Positions 8,415 through 18,631 of a DNA stretch of 32,065 bases are shown here, in pieces. The position numbers and the translations under genes were made by a program. Positions within the stretch are counted from its first letter, which is position 1. The number at the start of each line of letters is the position of its first letter. The notes under the pieces were generated by a model. It was not told where the DNA came from, made no database searches, and worked only from the letters and a program-made list of their open reading frames with translations. Source of the DNA: an uncultured bacterium (GTDB taxonomy: Bacteria > Verrucomicrobiota > Verrucomicrobiia > Verrucomicrobiales > DEV007); NCBI GenBank assembly GCA_963977015.1, contig CAXBMO010000040.1, positions 1 through 32,065 on the forward strand, in the 5' to 3' direction.

Positions 8415-10385
8415 ATGCCGCATTCGGAATACGGACCCACTGTCGTCATCAGCAACGTCTGGCCCACGATCGAAGGCGGGCGCTACGCGATCAAACGAAT
8501 CCCCGGTGAACCCATCGAAGTTTGGGCGGATATTTTCAAGGACGGTCATGACGTGCTCGATGCGGTGGTAAAATGGCGCAAGCGCGGGGTCCGGGTTTGG
8601 GAAGAGCAACGGATGCGGTTTCACGAAAACGATCGCTGGTTCTCAAAGTTCGAGCTGGAAGATCTGGGCGAATGGGAATTCACGATTGATGCGTGGATGG
8701 ACGAATTCAAAACTTGGCTCCACGAATACGAGAAGAAATTCGAAGCACGCAAGGCTGACGAGACGCTCCAAACCGAGATCACGGAAGGCGCCATCATCGT
8801 GGAGGACTCCGCCAAAATTGCCGAAGCGGCAAAATGCCCGAAGGACGCGGAAATCTTGCGGGGAGTCGCTTCCCGGATCCGTGAAGCCGACGCGAAAACG
8901 GCGATGAACCTGGTGAAGAATGGCGAGTTTCGCGTGTTGATGCACCAATGGACGAACCGCTCCAAGTCCACGTCTTACCAACCGTTTCTCCGCATCCGGG
9001 TTGAGCGCGAGCGAGCCCGCTTCAGCTCCTGGTATGAGTTTTTTCCCCGGGGCGCCGAAGGCAGCGCGACGAAGCACTCCAAGTTTCGCGATTGCGTCGA
9101 GCGTCTTCGCTACGCAAAGAATCTGGGCTTTGATGTCGCCTACTTTCCGCCGATCCACCCGATTGGCGAAACGTTCCGCAAAGGCAAGGACGGGAAGCTC
9201 TATGCCGAAGATGGTGAGCCGGGTTCGCCGTGGGCAATCGGCAGCGCCGCCGGTGGTCACTACTCGACCCATCCCGAGCTGGGAACGGTGGAAGACTTTG
9301 AGTGGTTGGTCAATGAAGCGAAGAAAATCGATATCGAGATCGCCCTCGATTTCGCGATCAATTGCTCGCCCGATCATCCTTTTGTAAAGACCCATCCGGA
9401 TTGGTTTTTCCATCGCCCGGATGGAACGATCAAGTATGCGGAGAACCCGCCGAAGAAGTATCAGGACATCTACCCGCTCAATTTCCACTGCGAGGATTGG
9501 AAGAATCTCTGGGCGGAGATGGTGAACATCGTCCTGTTCTGGATTGGCCGCGGCGTCAAAATTTTCCGCGTGGATAACCCCCATACCAAGCCCTTCGCAT
9601 TCTGGGAATACCTCATTGCCCAGGTTCAGAAAAAGCATCCTGACGTGATCTTTCTCGCCGAGGCGTTCACGCGTCCCCGGATGATGGAAATGCTCGGAAA
9701 AATCGGTTTCAGCCAAAGCTACAGCTACTTTACCTGGCGCACTCAGAAGCAGGAACTCATCGACTACGCTGAGGAACTCGCTCACGGACCGATGAAGGAA
9801 TATTATCGCGCCAACTTCTGGCCGAACACGCCCGACATCCTGGTTCAGCCCCTGGTCGACGGGCCTCCGGCCGCGTTCAAGATTCGAGCGGCTCTTGCGG
9901 CAACCCTGATGCCAAGTTGGGGCATGTATTCCGGATTGGAGTTCTGCGAAAACCAGAAGCATCCCGATCGTGATGAATACCGCGACAACGAGAAGTTTGA
10001 GCTCAAAGAGCGCGACTGGAACAAGTCCGGCAACATCAAGGAATTCATCCGGCGCCTCAATCACATCCGCGCGACCAACCCTGCGTTCCACGAATACTCA
10101 AACCTCGTTTTCTGCCACACGGACAACGACCACATTCTCGCCTTTGCCAAGCGCAGCAGCGATGGCGCCAACGCCGTCATTGTCGTCATCAATCTCGATC
10201 CTCACGTTGAGCGAAAAGGCAGCGTCAATCTCCCGCTCGACTTCCTCGGACTGGAAGGCCACGCCGGAGGTTTCCGCGTCAAAGACGTAATGTATGGCGA
10301 AACCTACGATTGGATCGGCGCAGGTAACTGGGTGCAGCTAAACCCGCAATCCAAGCCGCTCCACATCCTCCAGGTTCAGCTGTAA
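8415..10385 (+). CDS. glgE: Alpha-1,4-glucan:maltose-1-phosphate maltosyltransferase (GH13_3)
   Basis: ADIFKDGHD, SWYEFFPR, PPIHPIG, GSPWAIG, AENPPKKYQDIYPLNF, FRVDNPHTKP, FLAEAFTRP and NTPDIL. Confidence 0.97.
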   Translation: MPHSEYGPTVVISNVWPTIEGGRYAIKRIPGEPIEVWADIFKDGHDVLDAVVKWRKRGVRVWEEQRMRFHENDRWFSKFELEDLGEWEFTIDAWMDEFKTWLHEYEKKFEARKADETLQTEITEGAIIVEDSAKIAEAAKCPKDAEILRGVASRIREADAKTAMNLVKNGEFRVLMHQWTNRSKSTSYQPFLRIRVERERARFSSWYEFFPRGAEGSATKHSKFRDCVERLRYAKNLGFDVAYFPPIHPIGETFRKGKDGKLYAEDGEPGSPWAIGSAAGGHYSTHPELGTVEDFEWLVNEAKKIDIEIALDFAINCSPDHPFVKTHPDWFFHRPDGTIKYAENPPKKYQDIYPLNFHCEDWKNLWAEMVNIVLFWIGRGVKIFRVDNPHTKPFAFWEYLIAQVQKKHPDVIFLAEAFTRPRMMEMLGKIGFSQSYSYFTWRTQKQELIDYAEELAHGPMKEYYRANFWPNTPDILVQPLVDGPPAAFKIRAALAATLMPSWGMYSGLEFCENQKHPDRDEYRDNEKFELKERDWNKSGNIKEFIRRLNHIRATNPAFHEYSNLVFCHTDNDHILAFAKRSSDGANAVIVVINLDPHVERKGSVNLPLDFLGLEGHAGGFRVKDVMYGETYDWIGAGNWVQLNPQSKPLHILQVQL

Positions 10386-10389
10386 CCGG

Positions 10390-10992
10390 CTAGTCCGGTC
10401 GCTCCATATCGAATTGGTCCCGGGTTCGGCAATACGCCGCCGGCGCCTGCATTCTTCCAATCGGATGAAACTCGTCCGAATTGACGAGGAGCGTTTCCGG
10501 GTCGAGCACGCCATCCCGCACCACCAGGCGATGAACGACGCCGATGACGAGACGATTGCGGCCAATCTCGAGCGTCGCCCACTCCTTGCATTCCATCGCC
10601 ACCGGAGATTCCGCGATCCGGGGAGGTTTGACCACCGTGCTTGGCACCGTCGTTAGTCCCGCATGTTCGATCTCGCTCTCGCCAAACTCCAATTCCGCCG
10701 CCGTCAGATTCATCGCCTCGGCGGTCGCTTCATCCACCAGATTCACGACAAACTCTCCGGTTCGGCGAATGTTCCGCGCCGTGTCCTTCGGAATTTCAGC
10801 GGATTTGTTGCCCGGGGCGAACGCCAGGATCGGCGGCTGCGTTCCAAACACATTAAAAAAGCTGAAGGGCGCCGCGTTCACCCGTCCGTCCGCATCCTGC
10901 GTTGTGACCCAGGCAATCGGGCGGGGCGTGACCAGTCCGGCGAGCAATTTGTAGGCACTGCTTTGGTGTTCTCCAAGAAGATCAAATTCCAT
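10390..10992 (-). CDS. Flavin reductase family protein (DIM6/NTAB-like)
   Basis: YKLL..VTPRPIAWVTT, NAAPFSFFN, KDTARNI..TGEFVVN and PPRIAESPVAMEC. Confidence 0.92.
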   Translation of the reverse strand: MEFDLLGEHQSSAYKLLAGLVTPRPIAWVTTQDADGRVNAAPFSFFNVFGTQPPILAFAPGNKSAEIPKDTARNIRRTGEFVVNLVDEATAEAMNLTAAELEFGESEIEHAGLTTVPSTVVKPPRIAESPVAMECKEWATLEIGRNRLVIGVVHRLVVRDGVLDPETLLVNSDEFHPIGRMQAPAAYCRTRDQFDMERPD

Positions 10993-11063
10993 GAAGAGTG
11001 CATCGCCGTTTCGTCGCAGAATTCAACCGAAGCTTTCATCGGCCGGAAGTCGATTCCCCCAGC

Positions 11064-12263
11064 CTATTCCAGCAACTGGTCCACATCATTCAGGGCCACG
11101 CGAAACACCTCGGTCTGCAATTTGCATCGTGAAAGAGCAATCCAAAGCGAACCATCGTGCTCGATCACGTGAGGATATTGCAGGCTGGCGATCCCCTGGG
11201 AAAACTTCTTCCAAATGCTCTCAAACCCACTCGGCGCTGATGGAGCCGGAACATCCAGCTGAGCCATGCGGGTAAAATGCCTCCCGTCCTCACTGACGGA
11301 AAGGTGAAGCTGACGGCGTCCCCATTTCGGATTGGCGTTGGAGATCATCACGCGATATCCCCGGCTCGTTTTGATGGAAAAGATCTTGCTGGTTGAATTT
11401 GGGAAATTCGTCAGGGCGGGCGTGGACCACGTTTTCCCAAGATCTTGGGACGTCGCATGAAACAGGCGTTGCGAACCTCCGTTGTCCCGAAAGAGCGCGT
11501 TGAGGCTGTCGTCCGGCATGAGCCAGAAGATCGGTTCGTCGGGCCGGAATCCCTTCACTTCCGCAAGATCAACCACCCGATGTTCCCGCCATTCGTCGAG
11601 CCGACCTTTGCCGCCAATGAGAATCGTCACATTGAAACGGGCGTCCCGCCGAGTCAGAATCCAATCGCCGGTCGGAAGTTTCTGCGGCGGAAAATTATTG
11701 ATGGCGTTGTCATACACCCAGGAAACGAACTCCCAACGTTCCGTCTCCGGATTCCAGCCATAGGCCCACAACTCCAATTCCTTGTTCGCCCCGAAAGCGC
11801 CCTTCCCACGATAATGTGCCGCAAGCGCCAGCAACTGCCCGTCACGCACCCAGAGCCCGCGGGCAATGAATGCGTAGGGTTCGTCGGGCATGCCGGTGAC
11901 CGACCGTGCATCGCTCCAGGTGATTCCATCGTCGCTCGTGGCGAACTTGATCTCCTGCGTTGGCCAGTCTTCGATCTTTGGGCCGTCACTCCAGATGCAC
12001 CAGAACTTGTCGTGGTGATGGATCAGGTAGTTGTGCAATTGCAACCGCATCCGATTCATCTCCAGTTTTTCACCCACCTCAAAATCCGGCGACAGCGCCA
12101 CCGGATTGATCACCGCGTGGGCGCCCTGCAACCGCGGCAACGCCTCATAATCAATCGCTGCCGGATCCGTTCCGGTCTGCGGCAGATTCAGAATCGGCAA
12201 CGGGTCGGCTGCAATCAGAGAGGTCGAGAAAAGGACCAGCGCGAGGGTCGTGATCTGGGTCAT
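11064..12263 (-). CDS. Secreted BNR-repeat exo-alpha-sialidase-like protein
   Basis: Signal peptide; Asp-boxes SDDGITWS, SQDLGKTWS and SEDGRHF; C-terminal LQYPH. Confidence 0.8.
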   Translation of the reverse strand: MTQITTLALVLFSTSLIAADPLPILNLPQTGTDPAAIDYEALPRLQGAHAVINPVALSPDFEVGEKLEMNRMRLQLHNYLIHHHDKFWCIWSDGPKIEDWPTQEIKFATSDDGITWSDARSVTGMPDEPYAFIARGLWVRDGQLLALAAHYRGKGAFGANKELELWAYGWNPETERWEFVSWVYDNAINNFPPQKLPTGDWILTRRDARFNVTILIGGKGRLDEWREHRVVDLAEVKGFRPDEPIFWLMPDDSLNALFRDNGGSQRLFHATSQDLGKTWSTPALTNFPNSTSKIFSIKTSRGYRVMISNANPKWGRRQLHLSVSEDGRHFTRMAQLDVPAPSAPSGFESIWKKFSQGIASLQYPHVIEHDGSLWIALSRCKLQTEVFRVALNDVDQLLE

Positions 12264-12420
12264 CGCACCGTTTTTAGGAGTTTTTGGATTCCAGGTCAAC
12301 GCTTCCCGTGATCCTCCAGTTGCGACCCAACGGACAATCCAGCGCTCAACGCGGATCGCTGATGCCGCCCCAAAAGGGAGAACTCTTGAAAGGAGGCCAG
12401 CTCAGACCTGTGTAGTCTTT

Positions 12421-15246
12421 ATGCGACTTCTTGTGTCAGCCGCCATTTTCCTCTCGGCCACTTGCTCACCCGTCGGCGCGGTCGACTTTGCCACCGACAT
12501 CAAACCGGTCCTCGAGGCGAAATGCCTGAGCTGTCACAACCCGAATAACCCGAAAGGCGATCTCTCCCTCGCAACCCTGGCGGAGATGCGTTCCTACGGG
12601 GAAGATTTGGTGACGCCTGGCAATCATCGCGACAGCCTCCTGCACCAGGTCGTGATTTCGTTGGACGGGGACGAACCGGAAATGCCGAAGAAGGGCGATC
12701 CGTTGACTCAGGACCAGGCGGCGTTGCTCGCAGAATGGATCGATGCCGGGGCGCCATGGCCGGATCAGCTCGTTTTGAAGGAAGCGTCAAAGGCCGACCG
12801 CTCCTGGTGGGCCTATCAACCGTTGGCCGATCCCGAGTTCGAGACCATTGATGCCCACATCGACGCGGCCCTGCAGAAGCAGGGGTTGAAGCGCAATCCG
12901 AGGGCAGATCGCCCGGACTTGATTCGCCGCGTCTATTACGATGTGACCGGTTTGCCGCCAACGCCGGAGGAGGTGCAGGCCTTTGCAACCAGCGCGGATC
13001 CTCAGGCATGGGAGAAGCTCGTTGACGAATTGTTGGCTTCGCCGCGCTATGGGGAACGCTGGGGTCGGCATTGGCTGGACGTGGTGCGCTTTGGCGAGAG
13101 CAAGGGATTCGAGCGCAATGTCATCCTCAACAACATCTGGCCCTTCCGCGATTTTGTGATTCGCTCGATCAACGAGGACAAACCGTTCGATCAGTTCATC
13201 CTCGAGCACCTCGCGGGTGACGTCGTGGGAAAGGGACAGCCGGAGGTTGAGGTCGGAACGACCTTTCTCGTTGCCGGCCCTTACGATGATGTTGGGAATC
13301 AGGACGCCAAGGCCAAAAAGATCATTCGCGCGAACACGCTGGACGACATGATCACGGCAACGGGTTCCGCCTTTCTCGGAATGACGATCAATTGCGCCAA
13401 GTGCCACGACCACAAGTTCGACCCGATTCAGCAGGCGGACTACTATCGGCTGCGAGCGGCGCTTGAAGGCGTGCAACAGGGCCAGCGGGTTCTGGCGACG
13501 GCAGAGCAACGCAACGACTTTGCGGCGAAGACCCAGCCGCTGAAGGAACGCGAGGCGTTGCTGAAAAAACAAATCAGGGAACGAGAGAACGCGATCGTCG
13601 CCCGCTCGACCAAGAATCCCGAGACGCTCCCAACCGTCACCCGCCCCAAAGTCGCCCGAACCGGGACCGAGGATCGCTTCCCTCCCCTGCTCGCCCAGGC
13701 GGTTCGACTGGTGCCGTATTCCAACGACACCGATCCCCTTCGCAATGGAATTCGCCTCGATGAGTTTGAGGTTTGGACCGATGAAGCTGAGCCGCGAAAT
13801 GTCGCCCTGCGAGCGAACGGCGGAGTCGCCGAAGCGGCTGGGCGCGCGGTGGAGGATTCCGACGACAACGCGAAAAACGCGTATGGCCCCAGCCTCGTGA
13901 ACGATGGAGAGTTCGGCAAACGCTGGTTCTCGGCCGGCGATCACCGGCTCACGATTCGGTTCGCGAAACCGGAACGCATTCATCGGGTCGTGTATTCGAG
14001 CGACCGGCCTGGCGAACTGCCGAACCATCGCAAAATGGTGTTTGTCGGGGAGTATGCGCTGCAGGCAAGCGAGGACGGAAAAACCTGGAAGACCGTCAGC
14101 GAATCCTGGGATCGCGAACCGATCAATCCGACCTTCCTGCGTCAGCGCCAACTACGCTTCGCGACGACCGAAGCCGAGAAACAGGAAATCGCGACTCTTC
14201 GTCGTGAACTGGCGCAGGTAACCTCTCAACTGAACCGCATTCAGCCACTGTCGACGGTCTGGGCGGGAACGTTCAAGCAACCCACGGAACCCACCTTTCT
14301 CGCAATTGGCGGAGATCCCAACAAACCGGCAGACGAGATTGTTCCCGCGAGTTTCAGCACGTTGGAGCAGATCGTCGATCCCTATGAACTCAGTTCCCAA
14401 ACTCCGGAAGCCGACCGGCGCCTTGCTCTCGCCAAGTGGATCACCAACCCCCGGAATGCGTTAACCCTGAGGGTTCTCGCCAACCGGGTCTGGCACTACC
14501 ATTTCGGCACCGGGATTGTCGCGACCCCATCGGACTTTGGCTACATGGGAAGCCCTCCGAGCCATCCCAAGCTGCTCGACTACCTGGCGCGTCGCCTCAA
14601 GGAAAACGGTTGGCGTTGGAAGCCGCTTCATCGCGAGATTCTGCTTTCGCAAACCTATCAGCAATCCGCAACCTACCGGGAAGACGCCGCCAAGCTCGAC
14701 GCCGAATCGCGGTTGCTCTGGAGGTTCCCTCCGCGACGCCTTTCCGCCGAGGAAATTCGCGACACCATCCTAACCGTCTCCAACAAGCTGGACTTGACGA
14801 TGGGCGGCCCGGGATTCCGTCTCTACAAATTCACGCAAGACAACGTCTGCACCTATTTCCCGCTCGACGAGCACGGCCCGGAAACGTGGCGCCGCGCGGT
14901 TTACCACCAGAACCCGCGAGCCGCGACGATGGATCTCCTCACCGAGTTTGATTGTCCGGACCCCGCGTTTGCCACGCCCCGGCGGGCCAGCACGACCACG
15001 CCACTCCAAGCCCTGACATTGATGAACCACTCCTTTACGATGGAGATGTCCGGCCATTTCGCCGAACGGTTGCAACAGCATTCAAACACGACGCAGGAAC
15101 AAGTCGGGCACGCTTTTAGTCTCGCATTCGGTAGAAGCCCGACCGATGAAGAGGCGCAAAACGCAGCCGCGTTGATTCACGAACATGGACTCACCGCGTT
15201 TTCCCGAGCCCTTTTGAACAGTAACGAATTCATCTACCTGAGATAA
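12421..15246 (+). CDS. PSD1/PSC planctomycete cytochrome c domain protein (DUF1549/DUF1553) with discoidin-like insert
   Basis: Signal peptide; CLSCH; WWAYQP; DVTGLPPT; YGERWGRHWLDVVRF; CAKCHDHKFDPI; HPKLLDYLA; RRLSAEEIRD; TTPLQAL; NEFIYLR. Confidence 0.95.
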   Translation: MRLLVSAAIFLSATCSPVGAVDFATDIKPVLEAKCLSCHNPNNPKGDLSLATLAEMRSYGEDLVTPGNHRDSLLHQVVISLDGDEPEMPKKGDPLTQDQAALLAEWIDAGAPWPDQLVLKEASKADRSWWAYQPLADPEFETIDAHIDAALQKQGLKRNPRADRPDLIRRVYYDVTGLPPTPEEVQAFATSADPQAWEKLVDELLASPRYGERWGRHWLDVVRFGESKGFERNVILNNIWPFRDFVIRSINEDKPFDQFILEHLAGDVVGKGQPEVEVGTTFLVAGPYDDVGNQDAKAKKIIRANTLDDMITATGSAFLGMTINCAKCHDHKFDPIQQADYYRLRAALEGVQQGQRVLATAEQRNDFAAKTQPLKEREALLKKQIRERENAIVARSTKNPETLPTVTRPKVARTGTEDRFPPLLAQAVRLVPYSNDTDPLRNGIRLDEFEVWTDEAEPRNVALRANGGVAEAAGRAVEDSDDNAKNAYGPSLVNDGEFGKRWFSAGDHRLTIRFAKPERIHRVVYSSDRPGELPNHRKMVFVGEYALQASEDGKTWKTVSESWDREPINPTFLRQRQLRFATTEAEKQEIATLRRELAQVTSQLNRIQPLSTVWAGTFKQPTEPTFLAIGGDPNKPADEIVPASFSTLEQIVDPYELSSQTPEADRRLALAKWITNPRNALTLRVLANRVWHYHFGTGIVATPSDFGYMGSPPSHPKLLDYLARRLKENGWRWKPLHREILLSQTYQQSATYREDAAKLDAESRLLWRFPPRRLSAEEIRDTILTVSNKLDLTMGGPGFRLYKFTQDNVCTYFPLDEHGPETWRRAVYHQNPRAATMDLLTEFDCPDPAFATPRRASTTTPLQALTLMNHSFTMEMSGHFAERLQQHSNTTQEQVGHAFSLAFGRSPTDEEAQNAAALIHEHGLTAFSRALLNSNEFIYLR

Positions 15247-15449
15247 TGTTCTTGGAACTATTACTACAGCTGTTTTGGCTGCCCTATGAGCTCTTAACCA
15301 AGTTGAAGGATAACTCTCGTCTTGGAAATTCTCCGCAAGAAGAGGACAATCTGAAGTTTTGGAAAGGGTGCGCGATGTTCGCAACCGCCTTCGTCCTGAT
15401 TCCGCTCGTGGTATTACTCGGTGCCTGGTATTATATTTCCCACCGTTGA
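15246..15449 (+). CDS. Small hypothetical membrane protein (67 aa)
   Basis: TAATG overlap with the upstream stop; hydrophobic N-terminus and C-terminal TM; fits exactly between the DUF1553 and DUF1501 genes. Confidence 0.6.
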   Translation: MFLELLLQLFWLPYELLTKLKDNSRLGNSPQEEDNLKFWKGCAMFATAFVLIPLVVLLGAWYYISHR

Positions 15450-15460
15450 TCGTTGATTGT

Positions 15461-16867
15461 ATGAAAACCCCTTACGCCCAAACCCGCCGCCATTTTCTCG
15501 GCCAGGCACCCACCGCTCTCGCTGGTGTTGGACTAACCAGCCTCCTGCAACGCGACCTGCTTGCCTCGGCCAAAACCCACACTCCCAAGGCCAAACGGGT
15601 GCTCCAGATTTTCTGTCCCGGCGCGGCGTCCCACGTCGATCTTTGGGAACACAAGCCGGAGCTTGAGCGCATGTCCGGGAACCCGCTTCCCGGCGAGGAA
15701 GACTTTTCCTCGTTCCAGGGAAAGAACGGAAACTTGATGAAATCGCCCTGGCCCTTTGTTCGCGCCGGCAAATCAGGCAAGATGATTTCCTCCATGCTTC
15801 CCAACATGGCTCGTCATGTCGATGACATCGCCTTTTGCCACGGAATGTGGTCGAAAACCAATACCCACGGTCCCGGTTGCGTCTTCGTGAATACCGGCCA
15901 CGACACCGAGGGCTTTCCCTCTGCCGGTGCCTGGACCAGCTACGCACTGGGAAGCTTGACCGACAATCTTCCGGCCTATGTCGCGATCACCGACATGCGC
16001 GGCGAGCCTCCGAATGGAAAAGCCAATTGGTCGAACGGATTCCTCCCGGCGCAACATCAGGCGATCATGATGAATGCGCAGCAGCCGATTCGGAACCTCG
16101 ATCTGCCAAAAGGCGTGACTCCCAAACAGGAAGCCGCATCGCGGGATTTTCTCCGGGTTCTCAACGAGCAGCATTTGGAGCGAAATCCCGGTTTGAGCGA
16201 ATTGCAGGCTCGGATGCAGGCTTATGAACTTGCGGCACGCATGCAGTTGAGCGCGCCGGAGGTTTCTGATCTGGGAGCGGAGCCGACCTCATTGCGTCAA
16301 GCCTACGGCGCGGATGACCCAAACCGCCTCAAAGCCGGTTACGCGAGAAACTGCATCCTGGCGAGGCGTCTGCTGGAACGCGGTGTCCGTTACGTCAACC
16401 TCTACTGTGCCTCGCGCGCCTCCGGAGTCGACGGCCTGCTCAACTGGGATGCTCACAAAACGCTGAAGGGGGATTACGAACGCCATTGCCCGATTTTCGA
16501 TCAGCCGACGGCGGCCTTGCTCAGCGATCTCAAGCAACGCGGGCTGCTCGACGACACGCTGGTTCTCTGGACAACCGAGTTTGGCCGCATGCCGACCCAT
16601 CAAGCCGGAACGGTCGGTCGCGACCACAATCCGGACGCATTCACCTGTTGGATGATGGGGGCCGGAATCAAGGGCGGTGTCAGCTATGGGGCAACGGATC
16701 CGTTTGGCCGCCGGGCAGAAGTCAACAAGACCTCGATTTGGGATTTCTACGCGACCGTTCTCCATCTCCTCGGAATGGATCACGAGAAGCTGACGTTCTA
16801 CAACAACGGCCTCGATCGCCGCCTAACCGATGTCCATGGCCATGTTCTGCGACGGATTCTCGCGTAG
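15461..16867 (+). CDS. DUF1501 domain protein (Tat signal)
   Basis: TRRHFL Tat motif; KAKRV; CILARRLLERGVRYV; WDAH; TEFGRMP; GRDHNP; ATVLHLLGMDH; RRLTDVHG. Confidence 0.95.
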   Translation: MKTPYAQTRRHFLGQAPTALAGVGLTSLLQRDLLASAKTHTPKAKRVLQIFCPGAASHVDLWEHKPELERMSGNPLPGEEDFSSFQGKNGNLMKSPWPFVRAGKSGKMISSMLPNMARHVDDIAFCHGMWSKTNTHGPGCVFVNTGHDTEGFPSAGAWTSYALGSLTDNLPAYVAITDMRGEPPNGKANWSNGFLPAQHQAIMMNAQQPIRNLDLPKGVTPKQEAASRDFLRVLNEQHLERNPGLSELQARMQAYELAARMQLSAPEVSDLGAEPTSLRQAYGADDPNRLKAGYARNCILARRLLERGVRYVNLYCASRASGVDGLLNWDAHKTLKGDYERHCPIFDQPTAALLSDLKQRGLLDDTLVLWTTEFGRMPTHQAGTVGRDHNPDAFTCWMMGAGIKGGVSYGATDPFGRRAEVNKTSIWDFYATVLHLLGMDHEKLTFYNNGLDRRLTDVHGHVLRRILA

Positions 16868-16901
16868 GACAACGCCGTTTCGCCGGGCGGTGGCATCCAA
16901 C

Positions 16902-18014
16902 TCAGAAATCCATTCTCAGGCCGGAAAACCACGTCCAGCCATCAAAGCGGGCGTTGCTCATCCGTGCATATTCAACTCCCGTCATCAGCTTGAGTTGATT
17001 GCCATGGAGAAAGTAATTGAGGCCCAGATAACCGGCGTGATAGCCCTCCCCTCGCGTCGGGCTCGACGCAAACAGCGCCTGCCGTTCATAGCGTTTTTGC
17101 AACACCAAACCATCATCGCCTGACGAAGCGGCATACTGATAGCGTCCCACCAATTCCCATTTTTCTCCCAACTGATAGGTTGGCAGGAGCACAATTCCAA
17201 AAGCATCGGAATCATCCTGGGTGAGGGAAACGATGAAGTCGGTGACCAGCGCGAGTTTTCCCGCTTCATACGTTTCATTGTAGCTCGCCGACAATGAAAC
17301 GGCGTGATCCACCGGCGCCGTGATCTGCTGATCATCACTTCCGGCAAGGTAGTCGATTCCCAGGTTCAAGTGTTCGCGAATATCCCAACCCAGCTTTCCG
17401 AGAAAGAGCGTTCCGTTCTCGAAACGTGAAAACTCATCCGTATCGTCGCCCGAATAGAGGGAAAGAACATACGATAGCGATCCAACCTCTCCTCCGATCA
17501 AAATCCCGGTGGCTTTGGCAGGAGCCAGCTGGTTCACGAGGAGGGAACGCTCGAACGTCTTTATCTTCTTTGCCGCGGTACTATATTCGCGGGTAAAACG
17601 CGGCTTCATCTTCCCGGCGGCAATTTGAAAACGGGACAACGCTTTCTTTGAATTCCCAAACGGGCTCCAGGCCAGATAGGAGGTTGAGAGATTGTCGTAA
17701 AACTCGCCACCCTCCGGTTCAAAGTTCGCGGCGCCTGAGAAATAGAGATTCCCCAAAACCTGCGCCTTGCCCCCAAAGCGAAAGCGACGGAATTCGCCGT
17801 CTGCAACGTCGTCTTCGCCAGCCTCCGCGATCGCATATTGGTATTGAACCAATCCGGTCAGCGCCAGCCTTTGCAAGACCGGGTCATCCTGGTCATCAAA
17901 CAGCGTCGGCACATCCCAGAGGCGATCAGGAAGGGAAGGCAGGTCCTCTGCAAGCCCACCCGATGGGAAGAGCCCGGCAACCAAAGCCAGGCCCGCGCAA
18001 ATTCGCGTCATCAT
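16902..18014 (-). CDS. Outer-membrane porin (OprO/OprP-like)
   Basis: Signal peptide; EFRRFRFG, GKMKPRF, TFERSLL, WELVGRY, GLNYFLHGNQLKLM; terminal Phe. Confidence 0.85.
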   Translation of the reverse strand: MMTRICAGLALVAGLFPSGGLAEDLPSLPDRLWDVPTLFDDQDDPVLQRLALTGLVQYQYAIAEAGEDDVADGEFRRFRFGGKAQVLGNLYFSGAANFEPEGGEFYDNLSTSYLAWSPFGNSKKALSRFQIAAGKMKPRFTREYSTAAKKIKTFERSLLVNQLAPAKATGILIGGEVGSLSYVLSLYSGDDTDEFSRFENGTLFLGKLGWDIREHLNLGIDYLAGSDDQQITAPVDHAVSLSASYNETYEAGKLALVTDFIVSLTQDDSDAFGIVLLPTYQLGEKWELVGRYQYAASSGDDGLVLQKRYERQALFASSPTRGEGYHAGYLGLNYFLHGNQLKLMTGVEYARMSNARFDGWTWFSGLRMDF

Positions 18015-18020
18015 GCGTTT

Positions 18021-18622
18021 TTATTGCTCGCCGGTCTCAGGTTTCCAGTCGGCTGGAGCCCCTTCGTTCAGCGTCGCGATCACTTCATCCGTGATGTCGA
18101 TGGTGAGGTCAGCCGAAACGTAGGGAACGGAGGAAACGCCGCTGCTTCGAAAACTGAGATTCTGGACGATCGCCAGATTCTTCAGCTTCGCGACCTCTTC
18201 AATTGCGACATCAATTTCGCCCACGATCTCCGCCTGGACCTTGGCGATTCGCGCCGCCAATTCCAAATTGCTCTGGTGGCGAAGTTTTTCCGTTTCCGTC
18301 TGAATTTCGACCAGCTCCACGGATCGCTTCCGGGCCTCACCCGCAGTCTCCCGCTTCTTTTCGTCGCTCAAGGTTGGATCATCCAACATCTGCTGGGCAC
18401 TCCGCTGCGATTCAGAAAGTTCCTGAATTTTCGCGACCGGCTCGACCAGCTTCTTCGCTTCGGCGTCCTTGAGTTCCTGGAGAGACGCTTTTTCGAGATG
18501 AGTTCGAAAGTAAGCCTGTTGCGCTTTCTTGTAGTCGATCACTCCATTTTGAGATCCTGTGCCTGGCTCGCAGCTGCGGGAAAGAAGGCGATCAGGACCA
18601 AACAAACCAATCTGAATTTCAT
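18021..18622 (-). pseudogene. skp: Skp/OmpH-family periplasmic chaperone, split by a 1-nt deletion near 18546 (pseudogene or sequence error)
   Basis: ATG 18622 gives MKFRLVCLVLIAFFPAAASQAQDLK and stops at 18539. The -1 frame continues GVIDYKKA...coiled coil...IEEVAK...IDITDEVIATLN. One added base restores the LKIGVID OmpH N-motif. Confidence 0.8.
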
Positions 18623-18631
18623 GATTTCGAA

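Noticed and set aside
18539-18541. TGA readthrough (Sec/Trp) as an explanation for the split skp gene
   Set aside because: The same frame beyond the TGA is not OmpH-like; the homologous sequence is in the -1 frame.
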